This document shows, one piece after another, positions 37,901 through 50,712 of a DNA stretch of 64,000 bases. This DNA is from Phoronis australis (Eukaryota; Animalia; Phoronida): positions 307,745 through 371,744 of the forward strand of contig NMRA01000038.1 in NCBI GenBank assembly GCA_002633005.1. Direction: 5' to 3'. The number at the start of each line of letters is the position of its first letter. Positions within the stretch are counted from its first letter, which is position 1. The position numbers and the translations under genes were made by a program. The notes under the pieces are model-generated. The model ran no database searches, was not told the origin of the DNA, and saw nothing but the letters and a program-made list of their open reading frames with translations.

Positions 37901-39989
37901 TGTCTATCGTGCTTGAGGTTATGTGAACTTATTGAATCAATCTCATCATCGTCCTCAAGTCCAATGAATGATCAGTAATGTACAGTGTGCTTTGCTTGCG
38001 GGTGTATTGTCATCAAGTGGACTACTCCTTGCAAATTTCCGAAGTTAATGGCCTTAGATAATGAAACCCTGAAAATTTTGGTTGCGATTGTTCAACTATC
38101 ACAGTTTCACAGCTTAATATTCGCCACGTCTATGAGTGTATGCGAGCAACTCCGTACGGTAGCTCTAAACCAAACTGCATGTAATCAACAAGATTCCGAT
38201 TCAGTCTTAACAGTGGATAGCTCATTACCGCCGAGTTTGTACCATTATGCACGCAATCCAATCTCTGTGCTTGAAGTCAGACTGCAGCTTGATATTTCTT
38301 CTCTACTTAAGTATGAACTATAGAACGTGTCTTTGAGTTTATGGTCGAGTAGAGTAGGGTGGAACAAGATAACCTAAATTAGCGAGAGCGCATACAATTT
38401 CATTACCCGTTGAACTTTTCAAATAAAAAATAATGACTGATGACTCTGCTACAGGTACGTTATGATACCACAAACTTTGCTCAACAGTGAAAATAAGCGA
38501 TTTAGGAAATATTTTCCCTTGCGGATGAAACGCCCATCCCTTTGGACTGAACATCTCAAGGGTACTTGCTTTAACCTCGGACCACAGATAACCAGCTAAA
38601 CTAAAAAGATTATTCAAGTTTAAATTATAAATTTGTAATGACTGACGATACGCAGTAACACGCTTTTCACGATATAAGAGAAACACATTTTCTGAGTAAC
38701 AACGATGCTATTAAATAGTAGCCTATGCATACAGCTTTAAAACAAGACTACGGCGTATTTTATCATTCGTTGTTTGATTACCTTTCGGAAACAGTGAATA
38801 TTAATAATGCCTTGTGATTGAAATTACGGTGTCACTAAAAATAACGTGTGTGTCGTAACCCATACATCAACCCATAGGCCTGAAGGTCAGTGCTTGATCC
38901 TTTGACTAATATGTTTTATTTCGAGTTCAGTTTTTAGAGCAGTTTTAGTTACACTGTATGTGTGTTGAAAGGATTGGAACTGTCCCGGATAACATGAAAT
39001 GTCGTGTGGACCCAGATCTCCTTCATGCTGTACCTAGTACTTTATGCCATTGAGATTTTGATTTTAAAATGGTTCTGGGTAACTGAGGCCAAAATCAAAG
39101 TATTTTTGCTTATACTGCTCGCATAAAAGATCCTGTTTCGGCTTCATTTTGTCAAAATCTGTATCATCGGCATTTTAACGTTTTATTAAAACAGGTTCCT
39201 TGATGATGCTCTTTCATCATTACATCGTTGATTTCATAATGTCATATATTTTGCTGTAATTCTAAAATGCAATTCCCATCACTTTGATTGTTTCCAGACA
39301 CCTGAAAAAAATACGAAAACACTCCGATGCATGTTTTGCATGCAAATGCATTTTATAATGTCCGTCTTTTCATAAGGTTTGATATCAGCAATTTTAATAA
39401 CTTGGACAAAACCGTTTTAACTGTACTTAAAAGTACATGTAACCTAGTCCTGGATGTACTCTGGTACCCAAGGTAGACATATCATCTGTATCTACCTCCA
39501 GTTTCAGAATTGGAATTCTCAGCCTGTGTTGTGCTATAGTTATTGTTTACAGCGCCATCTACGGCTCAACATATGTACAATACAAAATATGGGAATTTGT
39601 GGTAAAGTGTCAGGTGAAAGTATTCATGAAAGGCCCTCCTCAGAGATTTCACGAAAATAGGAAAAGGGACGCAATTGAATCCATCCATCATTGGAACCCC
39701 CTCTGTGTTCAATTTCAAAAAACGGGAAAATAGATCGACAGATAACTCCATTTGTCCGCTGTCACGGAGGAGTCCTTGAAAAAATGCAGTGTATGCTTTA
39801 ATTTGGAAATCTGAATCAGTTTGATCTGAAAAGTCTGTGCGCAAAAAGTCTCGGACTTTTCTCGAAGTATGCGTGATTACAAACACTTTTATAAATGAAA
39901 AAACTTGCTCCCACCCTATAATAAGAATTTCCTGGCTAGGAACCCTCACCCCCCCAAATCCAGCATTGGTAGTTAACAAATATCCTCTT

Positions 39990-40460
39990 ACACGAAACCT
40001 ATCAATACCCTCCGTTCCCTACTAGTCAGACCCAAAGACCCAACCCCGGTGACTAAACAATGTGGGGTCATGTACCATATGAAATGTGACCAGGATCCCA
40101 ACCACACCTACATTGGACAAACCACGAGACCGTTCCTTACCAGATTTAAAGAACATCTGAAACTAGATAGACCAACAGGTGTGGGGGAACATATTTTGGC
40201 AACTGGGCACATAATCTCTCTTGCGTCATTCAGGATCCTAGCCAAGGAACAAAATTGGCATACTCGTAAGCTCAAAGAGGTCATACATCAACAGTCAGCG
40301 CCCCCTCTTGAACCGGGACAGAGGACTCCACTTAACCCCGTGTACTCCAGCATTCTTAACGAGCGAAAGGCGGGAAATCCTTCATTCATCGACAAAGACC
40401 TGGTGGACCATGTCGAAACGTCTGCTAACAACCAACCACGCCTCTAAGTAAGTGACTTTT
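39990..40460 (+). mobile_element. Penelope-like retroelement 3' fragment (GIY-YIG endonuclease), frameshifted near its end
   Basis: KPINTLRSLLVRPKDPTPVTKQCGVMYHMKC...TYIGQTTRPFLTRFKEH...GEHILATGH...ILAKEQNWHTRKLKE is the typical Penelope linker plus GIY-YIG pattern. The 3' part is repeated at 42536-42660. Confidence 0.92.
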
Positions 40461-41250
40461 TACATCTACAATGCCTCTAGAGACCAATGACGAACCTATT
40501 CTCCAGAATAAATATTCACACAAATTTTCTCTACATTTTCACTTTGTGTTTCTTTTCTGGACTGCCCTCCTTCCTCCGGCCCTGCGCATGTGCAAGTTCC
40601 CACGATTTCCCTTTGATGCCTGGAAATTATTGAGAGTCACGTGACCACCCCTGTCCTTTGCTTCCTGTTGTCCTGGTTAAGTTCGATAGCGTCATTACAC
40701 AACTGCTGTGCGACGTCGAGCTACTTTATAGTTTACCCTGATGCAGTACAGCGAGGTGAAACTTTTGAGCTCATTAGCCGTCTTTTTGAGATACTTGAAA
40801 CTGAAATGCCTATGCTCATTAGTCGAAAACAAAGTGAACATGAGAGAAAATCGATTGAAAATGGCGGTAATGAATAAAAACATTTCAGACGTCTGTGTTT
40901 ACACCAAATGTGACGTATTATAGTGCAGCGTCACTGGGGAACTTATTCAGTAAATGACTTCACAGTGTGCATACACTTATGTATAAGCAGAATTGAAATA
41001 CCGAAATTTTACCTTTTAAAAATATACTACACAATGGTGTGGATCGCAGTGCTTTAATGTAGGTCTGTTTAATTTCCTTTGAATATGTAAATATGTTTTT
41101 CATATTAAAAAAATAATTGCAGCAATCTGGTGCACGTTGCGTAGGCCATGCATTCGGGCCTATTGGACTACTCACCTGGAACTATTTTTGTGCTTTATAG
41201 TAGTTAAAACTGAGCCGAGGAGCTAGAAACCTAACTCAAGGGTCTAGCAG

Positions 41251-41327
41251 TGTGGCCCAGTGGAGCTCGAGCCCTCGACCTCGAGTAAAGAAGACGGACA
41301 CCTATCATACTACGCCACTCGGCTTCC
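41251..41327 (-). mobile_element. tRNA-derived SINE head (second copy at 43455-43531)
   Basis: Minus strand GCCGAGTGGC(G/C)TAGT(A/G)TGA (A-box-like) ... GAGGTCG.GGGCTCGAG..CCACTGGGCCAC (B-box-like) at tRNA spacing, but no complete cloverleaf. Confidence 0.6.
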
Positions 41328-42360
41328 TCTTCTTCGTATTAGGCTCAGAGGGACTTTTGAAAGAATAGACGCCCTACTCTCACAAGAATACGACAGACAA
41401 ATTTTCTCCCCGAACGATGAGCTCGTACTTTTCCTGAACACACTTTAACGAATTCCGGTTATTTACATAAGCACTGCAATTTTGTTCTTAGAATACATCA
41501 TCTAGTCAGACGAATAATTTATTAGAACTTTGTTTTGAAATTGGGCTTAAGATAAAGGAGACCGACGTAAGAACAGAATTGCGAGTCGTAAGGAAGGAAA
41601 TAACGCTCGTAAGAAAATTCTGACGAAGTTAATCTAGTAGGGGAGGACGATATTAAAGAGACACAAGACCACACTGTCTTCAGTCGTAGTCAGGTTTACC
41701 TTTGTCCTATTATGGAAGTATGCTTGAGAGCACAAGTTTACACGCACACTTTGGCACTACTTTTTAAATCGTAAGCTAGATGCCGTCCAAGCAAATACGC
41801 TTCAAGTACGCTTGAAAACCACTGTCGTAATATCGCAGGTCGATAATATTTTCGAAGACAACCCGTTTGTGATGAACCTGGGAGGAGAAAACGCCAGAAA
41901 CTCGCAGAAAAAGGTAGTGTTGTTGCGGGCTTCACTTGTAGAACATATCGATATCTCGCAAAAGTCTTGTTCTTGCGTTTCGTGAAAATTTGGCCTCTAT
42001 ACTGACTACGCCAGGGTAGAGTTCAGTAACGCTAGAACCCACGCTAGGACCTCGCTCAAAAGCCAGGCTTTGCGAGATTACGTGAGATATTGCCGTGTAT
42101 TTTGAACGAGAGTACGAGATTTTTGCTAGATTTTTCTACCCACGAGACAGCTACTGAACTCTACCTCGGTTTACGGATTTCTACAAGACGTCGGTTGTGC
42201 TGCAACTTTAACCCTACGTGCGACAATGGGAATAGTCAAGTTTTCTACGGACTGGTTCGTTATCTCGTACGTTGCAACTACAGAAGATAAATTATATCTG
42301 TACAACTCAAAGTATCTTGAATTCCATGCACAACTAAAAAGTGGCGACACCACAGTTGTG

Positions 42361-42535
42361 NNNNNNNNNNNNNNNNNNNNNNNNNNNNNNNNNNNNNNNN
42401 NNNNNNNNNNNNNNNNNNNNNNNNNNNNNNNNNNNNNNNNNNNNNNNNNNNNNNNNNNNNNNNNNNNNNNNNNNNNNNNNNNNNNNNNNNNNNNNNNNNN
42501 NNNNNNNNNNNNNNNNNNNNNNNNNNNNNNNNNNN
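42361..42535. other. Assembly gap (175 N)
   Basis: Run of N. Single Ns also occur at 13167, 32506, 47965 and 57319. Confidence 1.
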
Positions 42536-45302
42536 CCCCCCGTGTACTCCAGCATTCTTAACGAGCGAAAGGCGGGAAATCCTTCATTCATCGACAAAGA
42601 CCTGGTGGACCATGTCGAAACGTCTGATAACAACCAACCACGTCTCTCAAGTAAGTGACCATTTTATATACTACAATGCCTCTAGAGACCAATGACGAAC
42701 CTATTCTCCAGAACAAGTATTCACCCAAAATTTCTCTACATTTTCACTTTGTGTTTCTTTTCTGGACTGCCCTCCTTCCTCCGGCCCTACGCATGTGCAA
42801 GTTCCCACGATTTCCCTTTGATGCCTGGAAATTATTGGGAGTCACGTGACCACCCCTGTCCTTTGCTTCTTGTGGTCCTGGTTAAGTTCGATAGCGTCAT
42901 TACACAACTGCTGTGCGACGGCGAGTTACTTTATAGTTTACCCTGATGCAGTACAGCGAGGTGAAACTTTTGAGCTCATTAGTCGTCTTTTTGAGATACT
43001 TGAAACTGAAATGCCTATGCTCATTAGTCGAAAACAAAGTGAACATGAGAGAAAATCGATTGAAAATGGCGTAATGAATAAAAACATTTCAGACGTCTGT
43101 ATTTACACCAACTGTGATGTATTATAGTGCAGCGTCACTGGGGACTTATTCAGTAAATGACTTCACATTGTGCATACACCTATGTATAAGCAGATTTGAA
43201 ATACCGAAATTTTACCTTTTAAAAATATACTACACAATGGTGTGGATCGCAGTGCTTTAATGTAGGTCTGTTTAATTTCCTTTAGATATGTAAATATGTT
43301 CTTCATGTTAAAAAAATAATTGCAGTAATCTGGTGCACGTTGTAGTAGACGTGCTTAGGCCATGCATTTGGGCCTATTGCACTACTCACCTGGAACTATT
43401 TTTGTGCTTTATTGTACTTAAAACTGAGCCAAGGAGCTAGAAACCTGACTCAAGTGTGGCCCAGTGGGACTCGAGCCCACGACCTCGAGTAAAGAAGACG
43501 GGCACCTATCACACTAGGCCACTCGGCCTCCTCTTCATATTAGGCTCAGGGGGACTTTTGAAAGAATAGACGCCCTACTCTCACAAGAACACGACATACA
43601 AATTTTCTCCCCGAACGATGAGCTCGTACTTTTCCTGATCACATTTTAACGAATTCCGGTTATTTACTTAAGAATTGCAATTTTGTTCTTAGAATACATC
43701 GTCTAGTCAGACGAATAATTTATCGGAACTTTGTTTTGAAATTGGGCTTAAGATAAAGGAGACCGACGTAAGAACAGAATTGCGAGTCATAAGGAAGGAA
43801 ATAACGCTCGTAAGAAAAGAATTCTGACATAATTAATCTAGTAGGGGAGGACGATATTAAAGAGACAAGACCTCACTGTCTTCAGTCGTAGTCAGGGTTA
43901 CCTTTGTCCAATTATGGAAGCACACTTTGGCACTACTTTTTAAATCGTAAGCTATATGCCGTCCAACCAAATACGCTTCAAGTACGCTTGACAATCACTG
44001 TCGTAATATCACAGGTCGATATTATTTTCGAAGACAACACGTTTGTGATGAACCTGGTAGGAGGAAACGCAAGAATCTCACAGAAAAAGGTAGTGTGGTT
44101 GTGTGCTTCACTTGTAGCACATATCGATATCTCGCAAAAGTCTTGTTCTTGCGTTTTGTGAACATTTGGCCTTTATACTGAACATACGCCAGGGTAGAGT
44201 TCAGTAACGCTAGAACCTACGTTAGGACCTCGCTCAAAAGCCAGGCTTTGCGAGATTACGTGAGATATTGCCGTGTATTTTGGACGAGAGTACGAGATTT
44301 TTGCTAGCTTTTTCTACCCACGAGACAGCTGCTGAACTCTACCCCGGTTCACGGATTTCTACAAGACGTCAGTTGTGCTGCAAATTTAACCCTACGTGCG
44401 ACAATGGGAATAGTCATATTCTACGGATAACTAAAAAGTGGCGACACCACAGTTGTGTGCACACTTATACACTTGCTTGCAAATAAACTGAGATGGTTTC
44501 ATTTAACTTTTATTTGTAAACAACTCGGCGTTTAGCACTTCTAGTCACACTTTCCAACAAAACCTCAACCAATGCAGGTCCCCCCCCCCCCAACGTTGCT
44601 ACCTCATCTCTACCTTTTTTAATCATCTTGCTGTTTTTTACTCTGGGCACAAATCTTTTTACCTTTTATAGAAAATGTTTATCTATTCTAATTGTTGGAT
44701 CCACATTTTCTCTCTCCCAATGGTCCTGCATTAGTCAAATTGCGGAATAATGATAATAATGAGTTTCAGCAACATTGTTCATGTGGACAGCAATTTCTGT
44801 GAACTACGTCATCAAAAAGCGTATGGCGACCTCACATGACGCTGCTACGCATCCTATCCAAGTCTTAGTCGGTTAATTTCCGGTACACGTCCTAAATACT
44901 ACACAATTAGTTTGCAGAAACTCCTCCTGATGTCCAAGCCACAAAGTCAGTTAAACTAAATACTCTTCCACAACTACACCATGTTACAAGACAACACACA
45001 ACACAATAACACTGCATACTATTCCTCAAAATGTAATGTTTATGTCAGAACCTAATATCAATTTGTGATATTGTTTCGTTCATGTCTAACAACAGTAATA
45101 TTGTCAATGTTTGATTTTTCTATTTTTTCAAACGCTGATGGCCTAGCAGTAAATGATGGAAAGTTTACCCAATCTTGCCTCAAACCAAACAAACAAACAA
45201 GAGATCACAATTTTTGAGAAATGTGAAGAGATAAATGTTCACTCGTCCGCCGCATTGACTACTAAACAGCTGAAGCATTTCAACTTTTAAAAAGGTGGTC
45301 GC

Positions 45303-48300
45303 TCAAGAATCATTTGTCGACACAGTAAAAAAACGAGGTGTTATTGGAGGATGTGGCGCATGCGCTAACGTTTCCTGCTTTGTTTCTTGTGACGTCATGG
45401 GTGCTTCCGCCACCTTGTATTTTTTTCTCGTGATACGAGGAGACACCTTGTTATGCACTAAGAGGGGATCCGTATGTGACTTAAAAGGTTTTTCGTGAGG
45501 CACTGTAAGCTTATGTGAGGTACCATTTTGTTTAGAATGGCTGTGGGTATTACTGGTGTTGAATGTTGTTTTGAGTTGTTGCGACAGAGTTCCATAAGCG
45601 TCCTCGCTACTGTCGGCAACCTTGTTGTCTGCAGACTCTACAAAACCTGTAGACTGTGGCTGAGCATTGCTAGACTTCTTCTTAGACAAGAAACCACGCG
45701 GTGAAGGAAGAAAGGCTGATATACTAAAGGTGCCCCTGTTAGAAGATTGTTCCGTAGGTTTTGTAGTATCAAACATAGACCTAAGATGATTGCCAGAATC
45801 CAGTCCAACTTTCCCACTCGACTGTAATTCGTCATCATTATGTTCTTGGTAACAATTCAAATTTTGTCTGGCAAACTTTTCTTCAGAAGAGCTGCAAAAA
45901 TGATCATCAGGACCAATGAGTGATGACCCCGTGTTGCCTTGTGATGCAAACTGGTCTCCTAGACAAGGAGAATTACAATCGTGAGTGTATTTTGAACAAA
46001 TAGATTCTTCACTGTCATTGCTTAGTCTCAGGGATCTTACGGCTTCGTTTTCATCGTTGTCCTCCAGTTGCTTCTCGCCATCTATAATATCGGGAAGCCA
46101 TGCACCAACCGGTGCTGATCGCGGTGGGATATCAAATACTGAAATTTGGTTTCTTTCTAAATCGTTACCAATCGTTATTGTCTCTATTGTAGATCGACGT
46201 CGGAGCAGACGACTGGTTTGAAGGCTTTCGGTATTATTGGCCGGAAAATCAGCATCGAATGAATCGTCCTCTTCGGTCACCTTCTCAGGTGTGTTTGTGC
46301 CATTTGCAGCACTTTCATTGATTGATCGATTGCTGTCGTCTTGTTTTCGCTCAATATCTTCGATCGGCATGACCTCAATAACACGACATGCTTTGTCATT
46401 TTCTGTGTCCACCATTCTCAATTTCTCAGTGACACGTTTCCTGGCCGATTCTAATTCAGCCGGTTCAAATGTTCGTGACCGCCTACGAAATGAAGAAACC
46501 AATCTTAGCTCGTCTTGATTTCCATCTTTTACTTTTGTTGACCAGTTTTGCCCTACATGCTTGCTCTTTGGGCTTTTCAAATTTAAAGCACATGTATCAA
46601 CATGAATTGTCAAGCCATTTTCAGAGGGAAGTTCTGTTCTATTTTGTCTGATTGCACTTGATGATATCTTCTGTAGCTTCCGTTCTCGCATTCCTTTAAA
46701 CATGCGCAAATCTAACGTGTTTGCACGTGCCCTAACACATCCGCTGTTGGTACGCCTGGCATCTTGCCGGGTATCTTTCCCAGGAGCGTCGGGCAGTGAG
46801 TCTGCAGATTCAGACCTTAGACTGGCACGTGGAGATCCTGTCAAAGAACTTTCGTACGAATTTGATCTGGAGTTGTTCTCGGTTCCCTCTTGTCTCAAGG
46901 CATTATTCTGCAACTTGTCGTGCCGTCTGTTGTCGATAGAAATCTCAGTATTTGATAGCGAACAATTGCCTAATTTCTTTTTCAGTTGTGTTAATGATTT
47001 AACGTCGTGTGTATGTGCGCGTGGTCTAACAGGTTCAGAGGTTTCTCGATATTTAGAATCGAAATAAAAGTCGTCACGACTCCATGAAGCGATACGCCCT
47101 TTTGCACTTTTGACGTTAGAGTCGGATTCATGCACGTTAAGAGGCACAGACAACAATGAACTGCTTGGGGACGATTTTTTAAGCGAGTCTTGGGAGCTCG
47201 TCCGAGAGGTGGTCCCATTTATCGTAGTCAATTCGTGGTCCCTATAGTGTTGATTTAGATTTTCCGATGAGTTAAAACGAGGTTTTACGCGCTGTGGCTG
47301 TTCCGAACTTCGATTTTCCATGTTAACATCGGAATGGATTTTGGTTTGTTTCCGCAGATTTATCAGCGCAACGTTGTCGTATGTTTGAGCCCTCCGTCTG
47401 TAATTTCCTGTCGTAAAACTAGTTTCCTGATTTCCCTTATTGCCGAGCGCATCTTCTCTGCTGCGGTTGGAAACATGTTTACCGGTCGACTGCATGTCAT
47501 TAAGAGATTTGGAACTACAGCTGCGTTCAATTCGGTCAAAGCGTCGTTGGATGTCCTTCAGTGACAGTTCCGCGTGCAAACCGCGACGAAATTGGGGTTC
47601 ATAAATTGATTCTGAAGAGAAACACGAATCGCGATGGAACGCTTTAAGATTACCGCAATTCCTGCACGTTTTTGCTTTGACAGTGTTTATAACGTCTTTA
47701 TGATGCTGGTGTTCTAGAAAGTCAAGAAGATGTTTAGTGCAGTCGCATGCAAGCCCTCCACTCTTGATTGCACGTGATTCCCAAGACAACAGGTTTTTAT
47801 TTTTTGTCTTACCGTCCTTTGAATCACCAGGATTGATGTTGCCTGTACTTTTTGCTTTAACCTGTCGATCCAACTGTTTTAAGTCTCCCGTTGACTGTTT
47901 TATGGAGTCGAGGCTTCTTTTAAGATGATAAGCGTCTTCAAAGTATTTCTTGATTGACACACTCNTTCCTGATTTCCCTTATTGCCGAGCGCATCTTCTC
48001 TGCTGCTGTTGGAAACATGTTTACCGGTCGACTGCATGTCATTAAGAGATTTGGAACTACAGCAGCGTTCAATTCGGTCAAAGCGTCGTTGGATGTCCTT
48101 CAGTGACAGTTCCGCGTGCAAACCGCGACGAAATTGAGGTTCATAAATTGATTCTGAAGAGAAACACGAATCGCGATGGAACGCTTTAAGATTACCGCAA
48201 TTCCTGCACGTTTTTGCTTTGACAGTGTTTATAACGTCTTTATGATGCTGGTGTTCTAGAAAGTCAAGAAGATGTTTAGTGCAGTCGCATGCAAGCCCTC

Positions 48301-48682
48301 CACTCTTGATTGCACGTGATTCCCAAGACAACAGGTTTTTATTTTTTGTCTTACCGTCCTTTGAATCACCAGGATTTATGTTGCCTGTACTTTTTGCTTT
48401 AACCTGTCGATCCAACTGTTTTAAGTCTCCCGTTGACTGCTTTATGGAGTCGAGGCTTCTTTTAAGATGATAAGCGTCTTCAAAGTATTTCTTGATTGAT
48501 ACACTCCTCTCCCGGTCGAGTTTGTGAGTAATTTCGTCGTGACTTTTCGCTAATCTCCTTTTCCCAGCGTTTGCAATGTGGAATGCGTCGCGATCCAATA
48601 TCTTGCCAGTCACATCCAAGCTTGTTGAACGAATCAACGTCGTCTCAGCTAAATTGTTTTGATCGCTGAATACCGCTGACAT
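45303..48682 (-). CDS. Single large-exon Ser/Arg-rich, probably disordered protein (945 aa after removing the 542-nt duplicate); family not recognised
   Basis: ORFs 48682-47900 and 47960-45303 overlap in a 541-bp duplicate separated by one N. Deleting one copy gives a continuous 2838-nt frame from GCCATG (48682, in-frame TAA just upstream) to TGA at 45303. AATAAA on the minus strand at 44514-44509. Confidence 0.85.
47424..48506. repeat. 541-bp tandem duplicate (47424-47964 and 47966-48506) joined by a single N; likely assembly artefact
   Basis: The copies differ by at least six substitutions and I saw no indels. The junction is an N. Confidence 0.92.
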
Positions 48683-50669
48683 GGCTTATGTACATGTAGT
48701 CGATAACTCAACAATACCCTGTATTATCATACACAGTCCAATAGCAAGGTCAGTAGGCCTACATTCATAAAGTACAATATCTAAAACTGCTCCACAATCT
48801 CTTGTTGTTTTTCGTGAGCCAACAATAAGCAGGCAGCTTTCAATGTGCTTAAGTTAAAAATATAAATCACGCCCTAACCTATATATGTATATACTCACGC
48901 TTCTTATATACAAAAACTTGAAGACTTTCGAAACGCTTTTCTATTGGTCACGCGTGCACTGTGCCCGTAGCACCGACACTCACGGAATTTCGTCATTGTA
49001 AATAACACCTGGGGTCTCGGATATTCAAACAGATCGATTTGTTGACATCATTGCCACTTTCTTGTTGAAAAGACTACAAAGGCAATTAACCTTCGACGTT
49101 TCGACGACTACGTTTGCTTAACTACAGTTCTGACGGCCATTATAGAAAATTGCTGTTTACAAAACAGATTTTTGAAGCTCCTTCGTTTTTGAAGGTCAGT
49201 TTTTTTTTATAGCGAGACACGTCAAAGACTCGTGTTTATACTTCCGTTTTACAAATATTACAACAGTGCCAAGCTTGGACGAATGTTTGAACAAGGACAC
49301 AAACTTGATCATATTACATTGTCCTGACTGAACTGAACATGTTCATCCTGAACTCAGCAATGTTTGTTTTATACTAGAAGCTATGACAAGCGTGTCACCC
49401 AACGATTATTTATTGAAAACTTTTAGTAGTTGGTCGAGCATTCACACCGCTGTTAAATTCTGAGAGTATGTTTGTTTGCATGTTTTCGCAAAGTTTACCC
49501 TTTCCTAGAATAAAGCCAAGACTACTTAGTAAAACTAGAGTGGTCTGAAAACTCTTACGACGTGTGTTGGTATTACTCATTAATAAAGTGAAGCTTAAAT
49601 GAATAAAACTGTTACGACTTTCAAAAATATTGCTTTATTTACTGTCGTGTCTTACAGTAGTTTGGTAACAGTCTCACCTCTACACAAAATAAGTTGAAAG
49701 CATACCGCTACAACTTTAAATACGCACTTGCTCTGATTTTCGCGTAATGGTCTGCGTTAAAATTGTAGACGGACAGCATTTTGAGACTGAAGAAACTGGA
49801 CAAACGGTTGCACTTATCAAACTGCGACAGTTGGTGTAAACCGTCCAAGCACGAACTGTCGTAATTTTTCTATGTGACAATTTGTAAGTATTGTGGGGAT
49901 AAGTAAACCTCACCCACCCCCGTTGAGTTCGTTTACATCTATTTTCAGTTGAAGCTGAAGCTTAGGTCTCCAAAATGTTCGTACTATTGCATTCTCAAAG
50001 GGACATTTCGCCGCTGTTTAACTGTCAATGTTGAATTCAGAACCGAAGCGCTCTGGGGTCTAAAAAAACATCACCACGTTCATTGTAACTTGAATTGTTG
50101 CCAAATGAGCCGGCAACTCGCATCACGAGAAATCGTGTGTGCGCCATTTTGAGCTTGCAATCGTAGTTGCCAACTCCAATGAATTCTCATGCGTATTCTG
50201 TAGTCGCAGGTGGTTTCGATGTTCTTGCTGCTAACCGGAATTGAATCAAATGATGGTAAAAAAATGAAACCGCATTTAATGGCGTAAAAAGCCTAATTCG
50301 ATTTTTGATTTTCAGCCATCAAAACAGGGCGAGATGCAGCCTAATATATACTCGAGTTTTCAGTGATGACAAACGAAAAAAATGTTGTGTAATGTATAAT
50401 CAACTGTATTTAGTCGCTTCGAACTTAATATGGCTGAGATGGCCCAGTTTAAAAAAATTCATACCAAAGCTATCGCACAATAACTTATTAATTATGTACA
50501 ATTGTCCGTTTTCTTTTTTTCGATATCCGTAAAGAGCGCTATCTGTTGATAAAAACGATTGCCACAACAGTACATCGAGGACTCCATTCAAATAATTCAT
50601 CCTAATCTTCATGAGTTGCATCTCGCCAGTGAGAGGGGATCATTGACAAAAGATTATACAGTATATTGG

Positions 50670-50712
50670 GTGTGTTTGTGTGTGTTTGTATGTGTGTGTG
50701 CGCGCGCGCGCT
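50670..50712. repeat. (GT)n/(GC)n microsatellite
   Basis: GTGTGTTTGTGTGTGTTTGTATGTGTGTGTGCGCGCGCGCGC. Confidence 0.85.

Larger units (their letters stand above)
40336..44458. repeat. ~2-kb direct duplication (40336-42360 vs 42536-44458) flanking a 175-N gap; probably uncollapsed haplotypes
   Basis: Copy 1 ends (GACACCACAGTTGTG) exactly at the gap and copy 2 starts (CCCCGTGTACTCCAGC) exactly after it. The copies are colinear with scattered SNPs and indels. Confidence 0.9.

Noticed and set aside
37985-39979. ORFs of 112-137 aa on both strands
   Set aside because: Non-ATG starts, no domain, and no phase-compatible exon chain found.
41251-41327. Possible second tRNA gene
   Set aside because: A and B boxes are degenerate and the acceptor and anticodon stems do not close; treated as a SINE head.
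40641-43127. Twin ORFs MTTPVLCFL... suggesting a duplicated small secreted protein
   Set aside because: GTG starts, a frameshift between the copies, and both lie in the probable haplotype duplicate.
45295-48470. Plus-strand ORFs antisense to the 945-aa gene
   Set aside because: Shadow frames of the coding strand with no independent signals.
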